Source: Candidatus Nanohaloarchaea archaeon | GTDB lineage: Archaea; EX4484-52; GLR71 | Direction: 5' to 3' | DNA: 34,645 nt | Assembly: GCA_030594675.1 (NCBI GenBank) | Contig: JAUVES010000002.1 | Coordinates: forward strand, 1 to 34,645 | In this document: positions 7,490 through 19,400 of the stretch, piece after piece | How positions within the stretch are numbered: position 1 is the stretch's first letter | Layout: each line of letters begins with the position of its first letter | The notes under the pieces: generated by a model | Database searches by the model: none | The model's input: only the letters and a program-made list of their open reading frames with translations | What the model was told of the DNA's origin: nothing | Translations under genes and position numbers: made by a program

Positions 7490-10400
7490 CTATTTCTCCC
7501 AAACGCCAATCAGATGCTTGTTGTTCTCGTCTTCGCCCCAATTATGCACAACAACCATATGTTGTCCTTCGCCCATTTTCTCCTTGTTGTTGAAGTTTAT
7601 GTTGTTGTATTCAAGCCCTGTTTGTATCCTGTATATCTTGTCAATCCCGAAACCGAAGCTTGGGTTTGGCATCTTTTCTATTTCTCCTGACTGGATGTAT
7701 GGGATTCTTCGCTCTATTGAGCTTATATCTCCTTTAGAATACACGACATATGCTTTTGCGCTTTTGCCTTCTGCCAGAATTCCCTGTGTCAATGCCATGT
7801 AGTTTGCACCGGAAGATACATTGTTGAATGTCCCTCCTGCATGGATAAGCCCTGCAAGAGTTCCTCCTGCAAAGTTTGTTGCCACGTATTTTGCCGCTGT
7901 ATCTTCCACTGGCGAAAAGCCGGAACCTACAAATTTCACAACAACAAAGCCGGATGTTATTTCAAAATTCCTTGTTTTGCTGGCATAAACACCGAAGGTG
8001 TTGTTGCACCAAAACACAACACTGTGCGAGCCCCTTGAAATCCCAAAAACAAACCTGTAGTAGTCCAGTTGAGTGTCATTTGCCATTGTGATGTTTTGTG
8101 CCCCGTCCAAAGAGTATCCGCACCAAGAGACTCTCTGGTCCAAAGAGCTGTTGAACCATGTATCTCCCCCGTGCATCTCTGTTGGGGGGTATATAATTGT
8201 GATTTGCGGGGCAAGCGCGTCTACTTCAAAGTATATTGTGGTTGAATTCATGTTTCCTGCTGTGTCATTGGCGTATACTGTAATGTAGTGTGTGCTTTCA
8301 GACAAAATGGTGGTATTTGCATCAATAGCAGTTGTCCAAGCGCCCGTAATGTTTGTTCCCCCGTCAATTGCGTACCACATTGAATCCGGATATAGGTCGC
8401 TCTGTGTGGCGTTTATGTGGGGGGTGTTATCGTCTGTTGTTGTGCTTGTTGGCTCAAAGATTGTTATTGTTGGTTTTGTTATGTCAACTGTGAAGTATTT
8501 GGTTGTCGAGTTCATGTTTCCTAAAGTATCGTTGCAGAAGAATGTAACATTATGGGAACCTTCGCTGACGATTGACAGATTGTTCCAATTGCCTGAACTG
8601 TTTGTCATTGTTACATTCGCTGTTCCATCCAATGAATAACCGCACCAATCACCGGCTTCGTCGAGTGTTATGTTGAACCAAGTCGATGTTGTATTGTATG
8701 ACTTGTTTTCCGGGGACTGTATTATTATTGTCGGTGGTGTTGAATCATCTGAAAGCACTGTAAAATTTGTCGTATTTTCAGCGTAAATTCCATTCGCATT
8801 CGTCAAATTGATTTTTACTGTGTGGATGCCTGCCGTCTGAGGTGCAATAAATGTGTAGTTATATCCGCCAGTAGAGTTCGTTACCGCAGCATTCTGTTCT
8901 GCGCCGACTGAAAGTATTGTTGGCTCGGGAACTGTGTATTTTCGGTTGTGCTCTGTATCAAACCCCTGTGTGTATGCTGAAGGTGTTGATGATTCTGAAA
9001 TTGAATAGGCACTTAAACGTATTCTACCATATCCTCCATTTCCGCCGGATTCGCCGCAACAAGCAACTGGCTGCCCAAGCCCATAAGATGTATTAGTAGT
9101 TAATGAAGAAATATTATTAGCTGTCATAAAAATACTTCCACCTGCACCGCCAGCCTGTCCTTCTCCGCCAGAAACCCAATCTCCGCCTTTGGCAGTAATA
9201 GAACCAGTAACCAACGAAGAATAAACCATAACTATGCCGCCGCCAGCGCCGCCAAAAGCAGTTGGTCCTCCATTACTTCCACCTCCACCTCCGGAACCTA
9301 AGAATGTGGTTGAAAGATCTGAAGAACCATATGTTGTTCCGCCCCGCCCCCTATATTCACTAACACTCTGTGCCGTCCCATCACTGCCCGTAGTTCCATG
9401 ACCTCCACCGCCCCCCCCGGCACGGTCATTTCTCGGACTTGAAATCTGCTGTCCGCCTCCGCCTCCGCCTAAATTAACGAATCTGTTTGCAGTGCCTTTG
9501 CCTTGATAGCTTTCACCTTGTATGCCTACGGCATTTCCAGGCCAACTTCCCCAAGTTCCACCAACACCCCCTCTATATCCTTTTGCAGTGACATTGATAG
9601 TTCCCTGAATGTTGACTATTCCGTTCGCCCTGAAAACCACGATTCCTCCTTTATATCCATCCCATGCCGGTGCTGTTATGCTTGCCCAGGAATCGACAGT
9701 CACACTAGTGTATTGGGGAACACGGACAACCTGCGTTACTGTAGATGTTGTCGAATCAAATGTGCCCGAAGTATAATTGTTTTTTAATGAGGTATCAAGA
9801 GTTAGAGTCGTTGTTCCCCCGCCAGAATCTATCTTTTTGAATTCGTATGTTCCGGCTGCACCGCCAGAACTGTTTTGCATTTGTATTATTAGAATTTCGT
9901 CCCCATCTGAAAAAGCGGTTCCGCTATTGACTGCTATTATATTGTCTCCTGTGTTTTCGTTTCCAGTTAAATAAGTATAAGTATTTATTACTGTGTTTGC
10001 ATAGGAAACGGTTAATGGTCCGCTGGAGCCATCACCATAAAAATCCATCACATTGAAATAATCGCTTAAGCTTGGAGCTTCAGGATTTCCATAATACATA
10101 TACAATGTCATATTGCCGTTATCCGCGATAGACGGAACTTTCACCCAAATCAAGGCATTGTTTGCAGTCCAGTTTTCAATCCAGAACGAGATATTCTGCT
10201 CTATGCCGCTTATTGTGTTAAGTGAGGTAAATCTTGTGTCATTGCCGTTAGAATTTGCCTTTGTGAAGTTGAAATTTAACGATGTTAGATTTACAAGAAC
10301 CTGATAATCTGTTTGTTCTGTCGTCGAGCCGTTTATTATGATTGCCTTACGGTATGGCCACAATGCCTGTGACTCGCCTGCTGGAGTGTAATTGCCGGGG

Positions 10401-13400
10401 TTTATAACATTGACAAGTTGCCCGTCCAAAAAAATATTAATGCTGTTATTCACAATATTAGTATTGTCCGGCTGAAGCATTGCCTGCCCAAAAACAGTTA
10501 CATTTTCGCCAGAGTTTACGATTAATGGTGTAAGAGTTTCGGTTATTTCTATTTGTTTTACCGCAAATGTTGTATTTATTATTGTTGCTGTGTTAAATCC
10601 GTCGGTCAAATTAGCATAGAATGAAACATTATATTGCCCCAAAGCCAGGCTTGAGAATGTATCATCATACCATGTTCCGCCAGAAACATCGCCCGAGAGA
10701 AAATAAATATAAGACTCTGACGAGTTTGAAACATTTGTCCAGACCTGTGAAATATTAACTGTTGGGTATTTGATGTTGCTTAAAGGAATATTCACAGAAA
10801 TATTGACCGTCTCACCAACATTCACGCTCGAAGTGCCTGTATTTACACCTTTTGCGTTCGGGCTTTGCAAATTAATTATTACTGTGAAATTCGTTTCATT
10901 TGAGCCAATAATGTTATTCGAATCAGTGAGATTGACTTTCAATGTATAATTGCCAACAATTACCGGAGCAATAAATGTGTAGCTATATCCGCCGGTAGAA
11001 TTTGTGATTATGGCGTTTTGCTCCGCGCCGACTAAAATTACGGTTGGCTCGATTGATGTGTATTTTCGAACGCGGACATCATCATAATACCCGGAAGAAC
11101 ATCTTCCAATCAAATGCACATTTATAAAATCCAGATTTGCTATTGCTGCATTTGTCATTTCCCCTCTTAATGTTGTAGCATCTACGGTGTCAAAATACCA
11201 TTTGATATTCGTTCCACTAACAATTGTTTTCGCATGATGCCAAGTATTAGCAGGAAAATTCCCTGCATCACTTGTCCAGCCAATAGAACTACCACCCTCT
11301 GTAACTCCGAATCGAGTATACATAACAGCATGAGGTTGTGTGTCTACCTCAAATTTCACAAAATTATTTGAATCTTCAAATAGGTAACTATAAGGTTGAT
11401 TGCCGGCAGCGACTCTACCTTGAAACCAATAATCAAAAACAAGACTGTGGGTGGATGTAAAATTATTAGAAATAGCGCGCTCTGATTCCGAAACATCGCA
11501 GGAATCCAGACCCTGGACTTTCATTGAATAACTTCCACCGCGTACATAAGTAGAATCAATTACTCCTTTACCAACTTGCTGCCAGGCATTTAATGTTCCG
11601 CCCTCAAAATCATCAAAGAACTTAAATGTTGCAGTACCGTTGCTTGAGGATGAAGCAGAAGGGTTCCCGTAATACATATATAATGTCGTATTGCCGTTAT
11701 CCGCGATAGACGGAACTTTCACCCAAATCAAGGCATTGTTTGCAGTCCATTTTTCAATCCAGAACGAGATATTCTGCTCTATGCCGCTTATTGTGTTAAG
11801 TGAGGTAAATCTTGTGTCATTGCCGTCAGAATTTGCCTTTAGGAAGTTGAAATTTAACGATGTTAGAGTTACAAGAACCTGATAATCTGTTTGTTCTGTC
11901 GTCGAGCCGTTTATCGTGATTGCCTTACGATATGGCCACAATGCCTGTGATTCGCCTGCTGGAGTGTAATTGCCGGGGTTTATAACGCTTACAGCCTGAC
12001 CGTCTAAAAACAGATTCATATTGTTGTTTGCAACCGGAGTGCCGTCCGCTGTATATGTCGCATGACCAATGACTGTGACTGAGTCTCCTGGGATTACAAG
12101 CGTTTGGGTTAATGATTCAGTTAATATTATGTTGGTACTTGTAATTGTCCTCGTCTCGGTCTGGTTCACATTCCCTGCCAAATCCTGTGCGTAGGCAGTG
12201 TAGGTGTAGGTACCGTCTTCCAGGTCAGTGAAGTTGTGGTACAATCTGTAGAGTCCGGTGTTGTAGGAGGCGTTGATTTCTTCGGGGGAGAGGGCACGGT
12301 TCCAGATGCGGACTTCGTCTATGGTGCCGTTGAAGCATGTCGATGACCCACATTGCCAATATTCATCACGACCAATTTTTGTAGTTACGGGTGCAATATT
12401 GATATTTCCTGTAAGAGAATATGGAAAATCACGAGTATTTTCTGCCCCATTAATATATACTCGCATATAAGAACCATCATAACTAGCCACAATATGATAC
12501 CAATTTCCAACTAAAAAAGAATCACTATTCGATATACCACCATTCCAATCACTACCATCGGTAGATATTCTCCATTCGACATTATCGGATGATGCCCCTC
12601 TTGCTAACATCCAACCATAGTTACCGCCGCCAGAATGTTTAGATGCAACCCTTAAATTATTGTCCGCATTTGCTTTCACCCACGCCTCAATAGTAATCGC
12701 ATCAGTGATATTCAAACTTACATCATTCCCGCAATCCACATAATCATTCATACCATCAAACCTAAGGGCTTTGCCGAATTTCCCGCTTGTCGTCCAGCCA
12801 GAGCAGTTGCCTGTGCAGTTGTCTAATCCGGGGTTCATGTTGGTTAGGGTGCCGTTGTTACCGTAGGTTGACCAGTCTCTTGCGAAGGTGTCGTTCTCGC
12901 CGGCTTCAAGGTTGAACCTCCACCAGCCGACCAAAGAGTTGTTCCAGTCGATGAAGGCGGTGATGTTATTGGTGTCGTTTGCTGTGACATTGATGTATGT
13001 GTAATCGTTGCTTGTGGTGTTGCCGTCGTCAGGGGTGGGCGGGACGAAGTAGATGTCGGGGTTTGTTGTATCAATAGTTATGGTTCTTGTGTCAGTCTGG
13101 TTCACATTCCCTGCCAGATCCTGTGCGTAGGCTGTGTAGGTGTATGTTCCTTCTGCGAGGTTGGTGAAGTTTGTTTCTAATCTGTATAGCCCTGTATTGT
13201 AGGAAGCGTTGATCTCTTGGGGGGTTAGGACACGGTTGTAGATTTTTACCTCGTCGATGGTGCCGTTGAAATGTTCATCGCCGCCTCCTGCATTAACACC
13301 AATATCAAAGTATCCGTTAGAAAGTGTCTCTATTTGGTTATTATAGTTACAACTTGCATTTAATATCCCATTTACATATACTTTCATATTATCTGAAGCC

Positions 13401-16400
13401 AAGTGTAAATCATAAGTTGCAACAACATGTGTCCATTCATTGAGGTTAACACTACCTGTGTCTGAAAGACAGGCAATTACCGAGGGAAACCCCCAGTTAA
13501 TCTGAAATCCTAATTTATAATCGTTTAGGTAATTAAAACCATATGCATTGTTAGATCCATTTTGTTTTTCTACAATTCCCAACATCACATTTTCAATTGG
13601 GTTAATCCACGCTTCAATACTTATCTTATCTGTCGGGCTTAAACTTGAGGAGTCAGTTATTCTTACATAATCATTAACTCCGTCAAACATCATTCCTTTA
13701 CCGAACTTCCCTGAATCTGTATAATTAGAACAGTTGACACCCGTACAGCTTCCGTTGTTGCCCCAACTCGACCAGTCCCTGAAGAACGTGGAATTTTCTC
13801 CTGTCTCTTCGTTGAACCTCCACCACCCTACCAGACTTCTGTTCCAATCTATGAATGATGTAAGGTTGTTCGGACTCAAGACATCAGATACTGAAACATT
13901 TACATAACTGTAGTTCCTGTTCACATAATCGTTGTCTGTGTCTGTGGGCGGGACGAATTCTATTGTTGGGGGTATTGTGTCAACTGTGAATGCTATGCTT
14001 GTTTGGTTTTGGTTTCCTGCGGTGTCATTTGCGTACAAAGTCAATGTTGACTGCTGGTTGTCAATGGCAGTAAATGTTGTGTTGCCGGATAGTGTTGTAT
14101 TGATGCTGTTGTATTCGTACCAGACAGAATCAATGTATGGGTCTGTTGCTGTGTAGTTTAGGTCAAGTGCTGTTGTTGGGTATGTTGTGTTTTCCGGAAG
14201 GATTATTTCTACGAATGGTTGTGTTATATCAACTGTGAAGTATTGTGTTGTTGAGTTCATGTTGCCTACAGTGTCGTTGCAGGAAAATGTTACATTGTGG
14301 GAACCTTCGCTGACGGTTGACAGATTGTTCCAGTTGCCTGAACTGTTTATCATTGTGATGTTTTCTGCCCCGTCCAAGGAATAACCGCACCAATCAACGC
14401 CGCTTGCATCTGCCACTGTTGCATTGAACCAGATTGACTGGGTGTTGTATGACTTGTTCTCGGGGGACTCTATTGTTATTGTTGGAGGTGTTGAATCGCC
14501 TGAACTTGTTATTATAAAACTGAAAATTTCTGAAGTGTTCATATTCCCTGCTGTGTCATTCGCATATACAATCCATCTTATTGTTGATCCTATGCTTGAG
14601 TTTACTGTCTTTGTGACATTCGACCAGCTTTCTGTGCCTATCATAGCAGCATAGGAGTCGTTATAGAATGTGCCTGTGCCGTTGTCGAAGGAGAAAATAT
14701 ATCCTGCAAGGGCATAATTGTCTTCCCAGTATAAGCTGAACAATACATCTTTTCCTGCCTCTGTTGAGTTTGTCTGGTTGAGGGAATATTGTGGATAGGT
14801 TGTGTCATCGCCTATCATTAAAGTTCGCGTCTCTGTCTGGTTGACATTGCCTGCAAGATCCTGCGCGTAGGCTATGTAGGTATAGGTGCCGTCTGACAAG
14901 TTAGTGAAATTATGGTATACTCTGTAAAGGCCTGTGTTATAGGATGCATTGATCTCTTCGGGGGAAAGGGTTCGATTGTGGATACGGACTTCATCTATTG
15001 TGCCGTTGAATTGTTCAGGACCGCTGCCTGAATACGCCCCCTCCCTTGAGCCGTATGTGTCTCCTATATGCAGGTTAATTGTATTTACCTGGGGTGTTAT
15101 TGATGCTGGCTGCGTCGACTGCAATACACTATCTATGTACATTTTGAGGCTGGAATTATCATAAGTTATTGCAAAGTGTTTCCAATCGGAAGACCATGAA
15201 TCTGTTGCAGATGATACAACTTTTTCGTTCCCGCTTGACCATTTTGCTGTTTTGTTGGCTGTGTTGCCGCCTGCAGTTGTAAACTCTCCGCCAACATAGA
15301 GTTCGCCGTTCCAGACAGCAAATGCATTTACAAAAGCAGTCACTCCTAAGCCTAATGGGCTCCAGTCTGTGCCGTTCCATTTGGCCGTGTAGTTTGCTGA
15401 GCTGCCGCCAGCGGTTGTGAACCATCCACCCGCATATAGTTCGCCGTTGTATACTGCAAGCAAGAATACATCACTACTCGTTCCTGAGCCTAGTGCACTC
15501 CAGTCTGTGCCGTTCCATTTGGCTGTGTAATTTGCTGAGTTGCCGCCGGCTGTTGTGAACCATCCGCCCGCATATAGTTCACCGTCCCAGACAGCAAGCG
15601 AATATACGTCATTACCCACTCCGGAGCCTAGTGCGCTCCAGTCTGTGCCGTTCCATTTAGCTATGTAGTCTGCTGAATTGCCGCCGGCTGTTATGAAATC
15701 TCCGCCTGCGTATAGTTCACCATCCCAGACAGCAAGCGAATATACATCATTACCCACTCCGGAGCCTAGTGCACTCCAGTCTGTGCCATTCCATTTAGCT
15801 ATGTAGTCTGCTGAGTTGCCGCCAGCTGTTGTGAACAGTCCGCCTGCGTATAGTTCACCGTCCCAGACAGCAAGAGAGTGCACACCATCACCCATTCCAG
15901 AACCTAACGGGCTCCAGTCTGTGCCGTTCCATTTGGCTATGTAGTCTACCGTGTTCCCGCCGGCAGTCCAGAAGTATCCACCTGCATAAAGTTCACCGTT
16001 CCAAACCGCAAGTGCAAATACCGCTCCATTCGTTCCTGAGCCTAGTGCACTCCAGCCTGTGCCATTCCATTTGGCTATTTTGCTTGCTGGATTGCCGCCT
16101 GCAGTTGTAAAATATCCGCCCGCATATAGTTCGCCGTTCCAGACAGCAAAACTGCGCACATGATCATTCATTCCTGAACCTAAGGCGTTCCAGCTTTTTG
16201 CTGAATCGGAGCCAAGATAGAATTTGAGCTTTCCGTCTTTATCCAGAAATAACTGGTATGAGCCTTTGTCAATAAGTCCCTGGTAATAATCAGATATATT
16301 GCTGTATGTTTCAGCAGGCTTGAACCATCCCTCAATTGTGAATGAATTTGTAAGGTCAAGAGAATTACTGTCTGGTATAGTGATATAGTCATTTGTTCCA

Positions 16401-19400
16401 TCAAACAATAATGATTTCCCAAACATTCCTGTTGTATAGTCAGGACAAATCGTTCCAGAACAGGTCCCATTGTTTCCGTAACTCGACCAATCCTTGAAGA
16501 ACGTAGAGTTCTCCCCTGTTTCTTCATTGAATCTCCACCAACCGACCAAAGAGTTGTTCCAGTCAATAAAAGCTGTTAGATTATTTGGCGAGCCGGTATC
16601 AGATATAGAAACATTGACATAAGTATGGTTGGTTAATATTAATGTGCTGTTATCTTCTGTCGGCGGCACAAATGTTATGTTCGGCTGTGTGGCGTCATAT
16701 GTGAACCAGAATGCTATTGAGTTCTGGTTGTCTACACTATCGTTGCAGGTGATATTCACATCGTATCTTCCTTCTGTCAAGACTGAATCGTTTGTAAAGC
16801 TGAACGGACTTGTTGTATACTGAGCTGGATATTCAGAGAGATTTGTCCATATTCGTGATATTCCGCTGTTGTCTGTGCATGTTCCGTTAAAGTATGGTAC
16901 ATAACTGAAATATGTGTTGTTTTCTGACGAATCAAGTGTTATTGTCGGAAGAAGCGTATCTATTGTCACAAAACTGTAGATATCGCTTGCATTCAAGTTA
17001 TGGCTTGTGTCATTCGCATATACTTTCCACTTGATAGTTGCTCCGACTGTTGAATTCACTTTTTTCGTCACATTGCTCCAACTCTCGTTTACCGGTGCAT
17101 TTGGAAACTGAACCCAAGTATCATTAAAAAATTCCTGCTCGCTTTCAATCCTGACCCAAACATCAGTATAATCAATCTGGTCATATAGGCTTGAAGAATT
17201 ATAATCAAAGTATTTTCCTTTAATCCTTACATTCCTGTTCGCTGCATTGGACCAGGCATTTGCAATAGTTGGATTTTGCGTTGATTTCGAGAAGTTACCG
17301 GTACCAATTATGCTCATGTTCCCTATCCCAATCCATTCAGAACCAGTGTACATCTCTAGCCATAAGTCCGGATTGTTATTTCCATTGTTTGCTGAACCTG
17401 AATTATTATAATAGGACACATTTATTGTTACTGTAATATTCATTTGCTCTAACAGGTCTCCTGTCAGTATGTTATCATAGGTTACATAGTATTTGTCTGC
17501 CTCGGTATCCGGATATTCATCTGAGATAAACTTGATCTCATCTATTATTCCCTTATCTGCCCCTTCTGTTAGGCTTCCGTCTTTTACATAGAACCAGGTA
17601 AAGAAGTGATGTCCGGCAAATATTGTATATGTTCTCTTTTGCCATGCCACCGTGCCGGAGATAAGCCCAGTACCTGACCCCCATGTACATCCTCCCTCTC
17701 CATAATTCTTATCTATGCAAAAGCCAAAGTAATCAAAACCTGATTCAGAACTTACATTCCACCAGAAACTGATCTCTCCTGTAGTAGGGTAAAACATATT
17801 ATTTGTTTTAATCCAAACATCCTGACTATCATTGATTAATGCATTGCTTTCTGCTGCATAAGCACCGCTGTATCCCGGCGCTGTTGACTGCCATGCCGGG
17901 TTAATATCTCCACCCATGCTCCAATCAAGCGGTGGTATTGCCCCGTCATCAAATGTCACACTATCATTTAGCTTAAGTTTTCCTTTATACTGCCTTTCCT
18001 CGGTTTCCAGGTCATTTGTTTGGTTGAGATATGTTTGGTTTACTCCATTGCACCATGAAAAAATGTAGCCTGATACATTTCCCTGCGTTGTTGCATTAAG
18101 CATGTCATGCCATTTCAACCTGAACTCTATTGGTGTTCCTGCTTCAGTTGAGTTCGTTGAATTCAAGGAATATGTTGGTGCTGTTGTATCCACTAACTCT
18201 ACCATTACCTGTGTATTTCCATCCAGAGATATTGTAAAGGATATTTTTCCATCTGAATCGGTCTGGAGTTCCTGTGATGTAGATGTCGCATCTGTAGTGT
18301 TTGTGATTAGGTAAGAAGTGCTTGTCCGCAACCCTGTGACATTATAAGTTACATTTATTCCCTGGGTCGAGTTCGTGTCGTTCCACATCATTTGGATTTC
18401 CGTCCAGTTTGAAAGTGTCCTGTTCAATGAGCTTGCTGCAGAAACGCTGGTCTTAAGCCAAAGGTCTCCTCCTGTTTCATTGTTGTAGACGAACCAGCTT
18501 GTGTTGTCGTAAAAGTATATTTTTCTTAGTGCTGTAAAGTTTGTGTTTACAAACTTGTTTGTGGCACCCGCATCCCGCAGGTAATAGTCATAACCCTGTT
18601 TTGATATTATAGAGCCGCCTGTTATGTTGTTTGAAATGGCTAAGTAAATATGTACACCATACGATGAAGTGTTTTCGGTCACAACATTATTGTCTGCTAT
18701 GGTATTTGAATAGCAGTCTTCTCCTGTCAAATAGATGCCTTTGGAGCTGGTGTTTGATGTCGTGATGTTGTTGTCTGATACTATATTGTAGCGGCCGTTA
18801 TCAATCTGGAAGGCTCTTGTATTGTTGCCTGTTGTTGTAATAATATTGCCTGAGATGTTATTGTAATCGCTGTATTCATCTGCATAGAAAGCGGATACCA
18901 AAATGGCGCGAAGAGAACCCGATGATGTTGTCGCTATTGTGTTATCGCTTATTGTATTTACGTCTGATGCGTCGAAATCCATAGCCAAGCCCCCCCCTGT
19001 ATTCGTAATGGTGTTATTCAAAATTGTGTTATAGTGACCGTACCATAACTCTATAGTAGCGGAACTGTTAGTGGTCGTGAGATTATTATCGCTGATGACA
19101 TTTGTTCTAGAGTTATATAGTAACAAACTCTGCCATTTTGATATGATAGAATTATATGATATAGTGGTATAGTAACCTTCCTCAAAAAAAATGCCAATAT
19201 AAGGTGATGTGATTATATTATTCGAGATAATGTTGCTGTGTGATTGATAAAAATAAATGCAATATTCTGCCGAAATATTATTGTTCAATATGTTGTTAAC
19301 GTTGCTCCATCCAGAAAGATAAACACCATAGCCGTCATCACCTGATGCTGTAATATTATTATTTGATATAGTATTATAATTACAGGATGATGAATACATA

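Noticed and set aside
15239-16195. Regular 138-nt tandem repeats that could be mistaken for a CRISPR-like or satellite array
   Set aside because: There is no repeat-spacer alternation. The units are in frame within the giant ORF and encode a conserved 46-aa propeller blade. It is a coding repeat.
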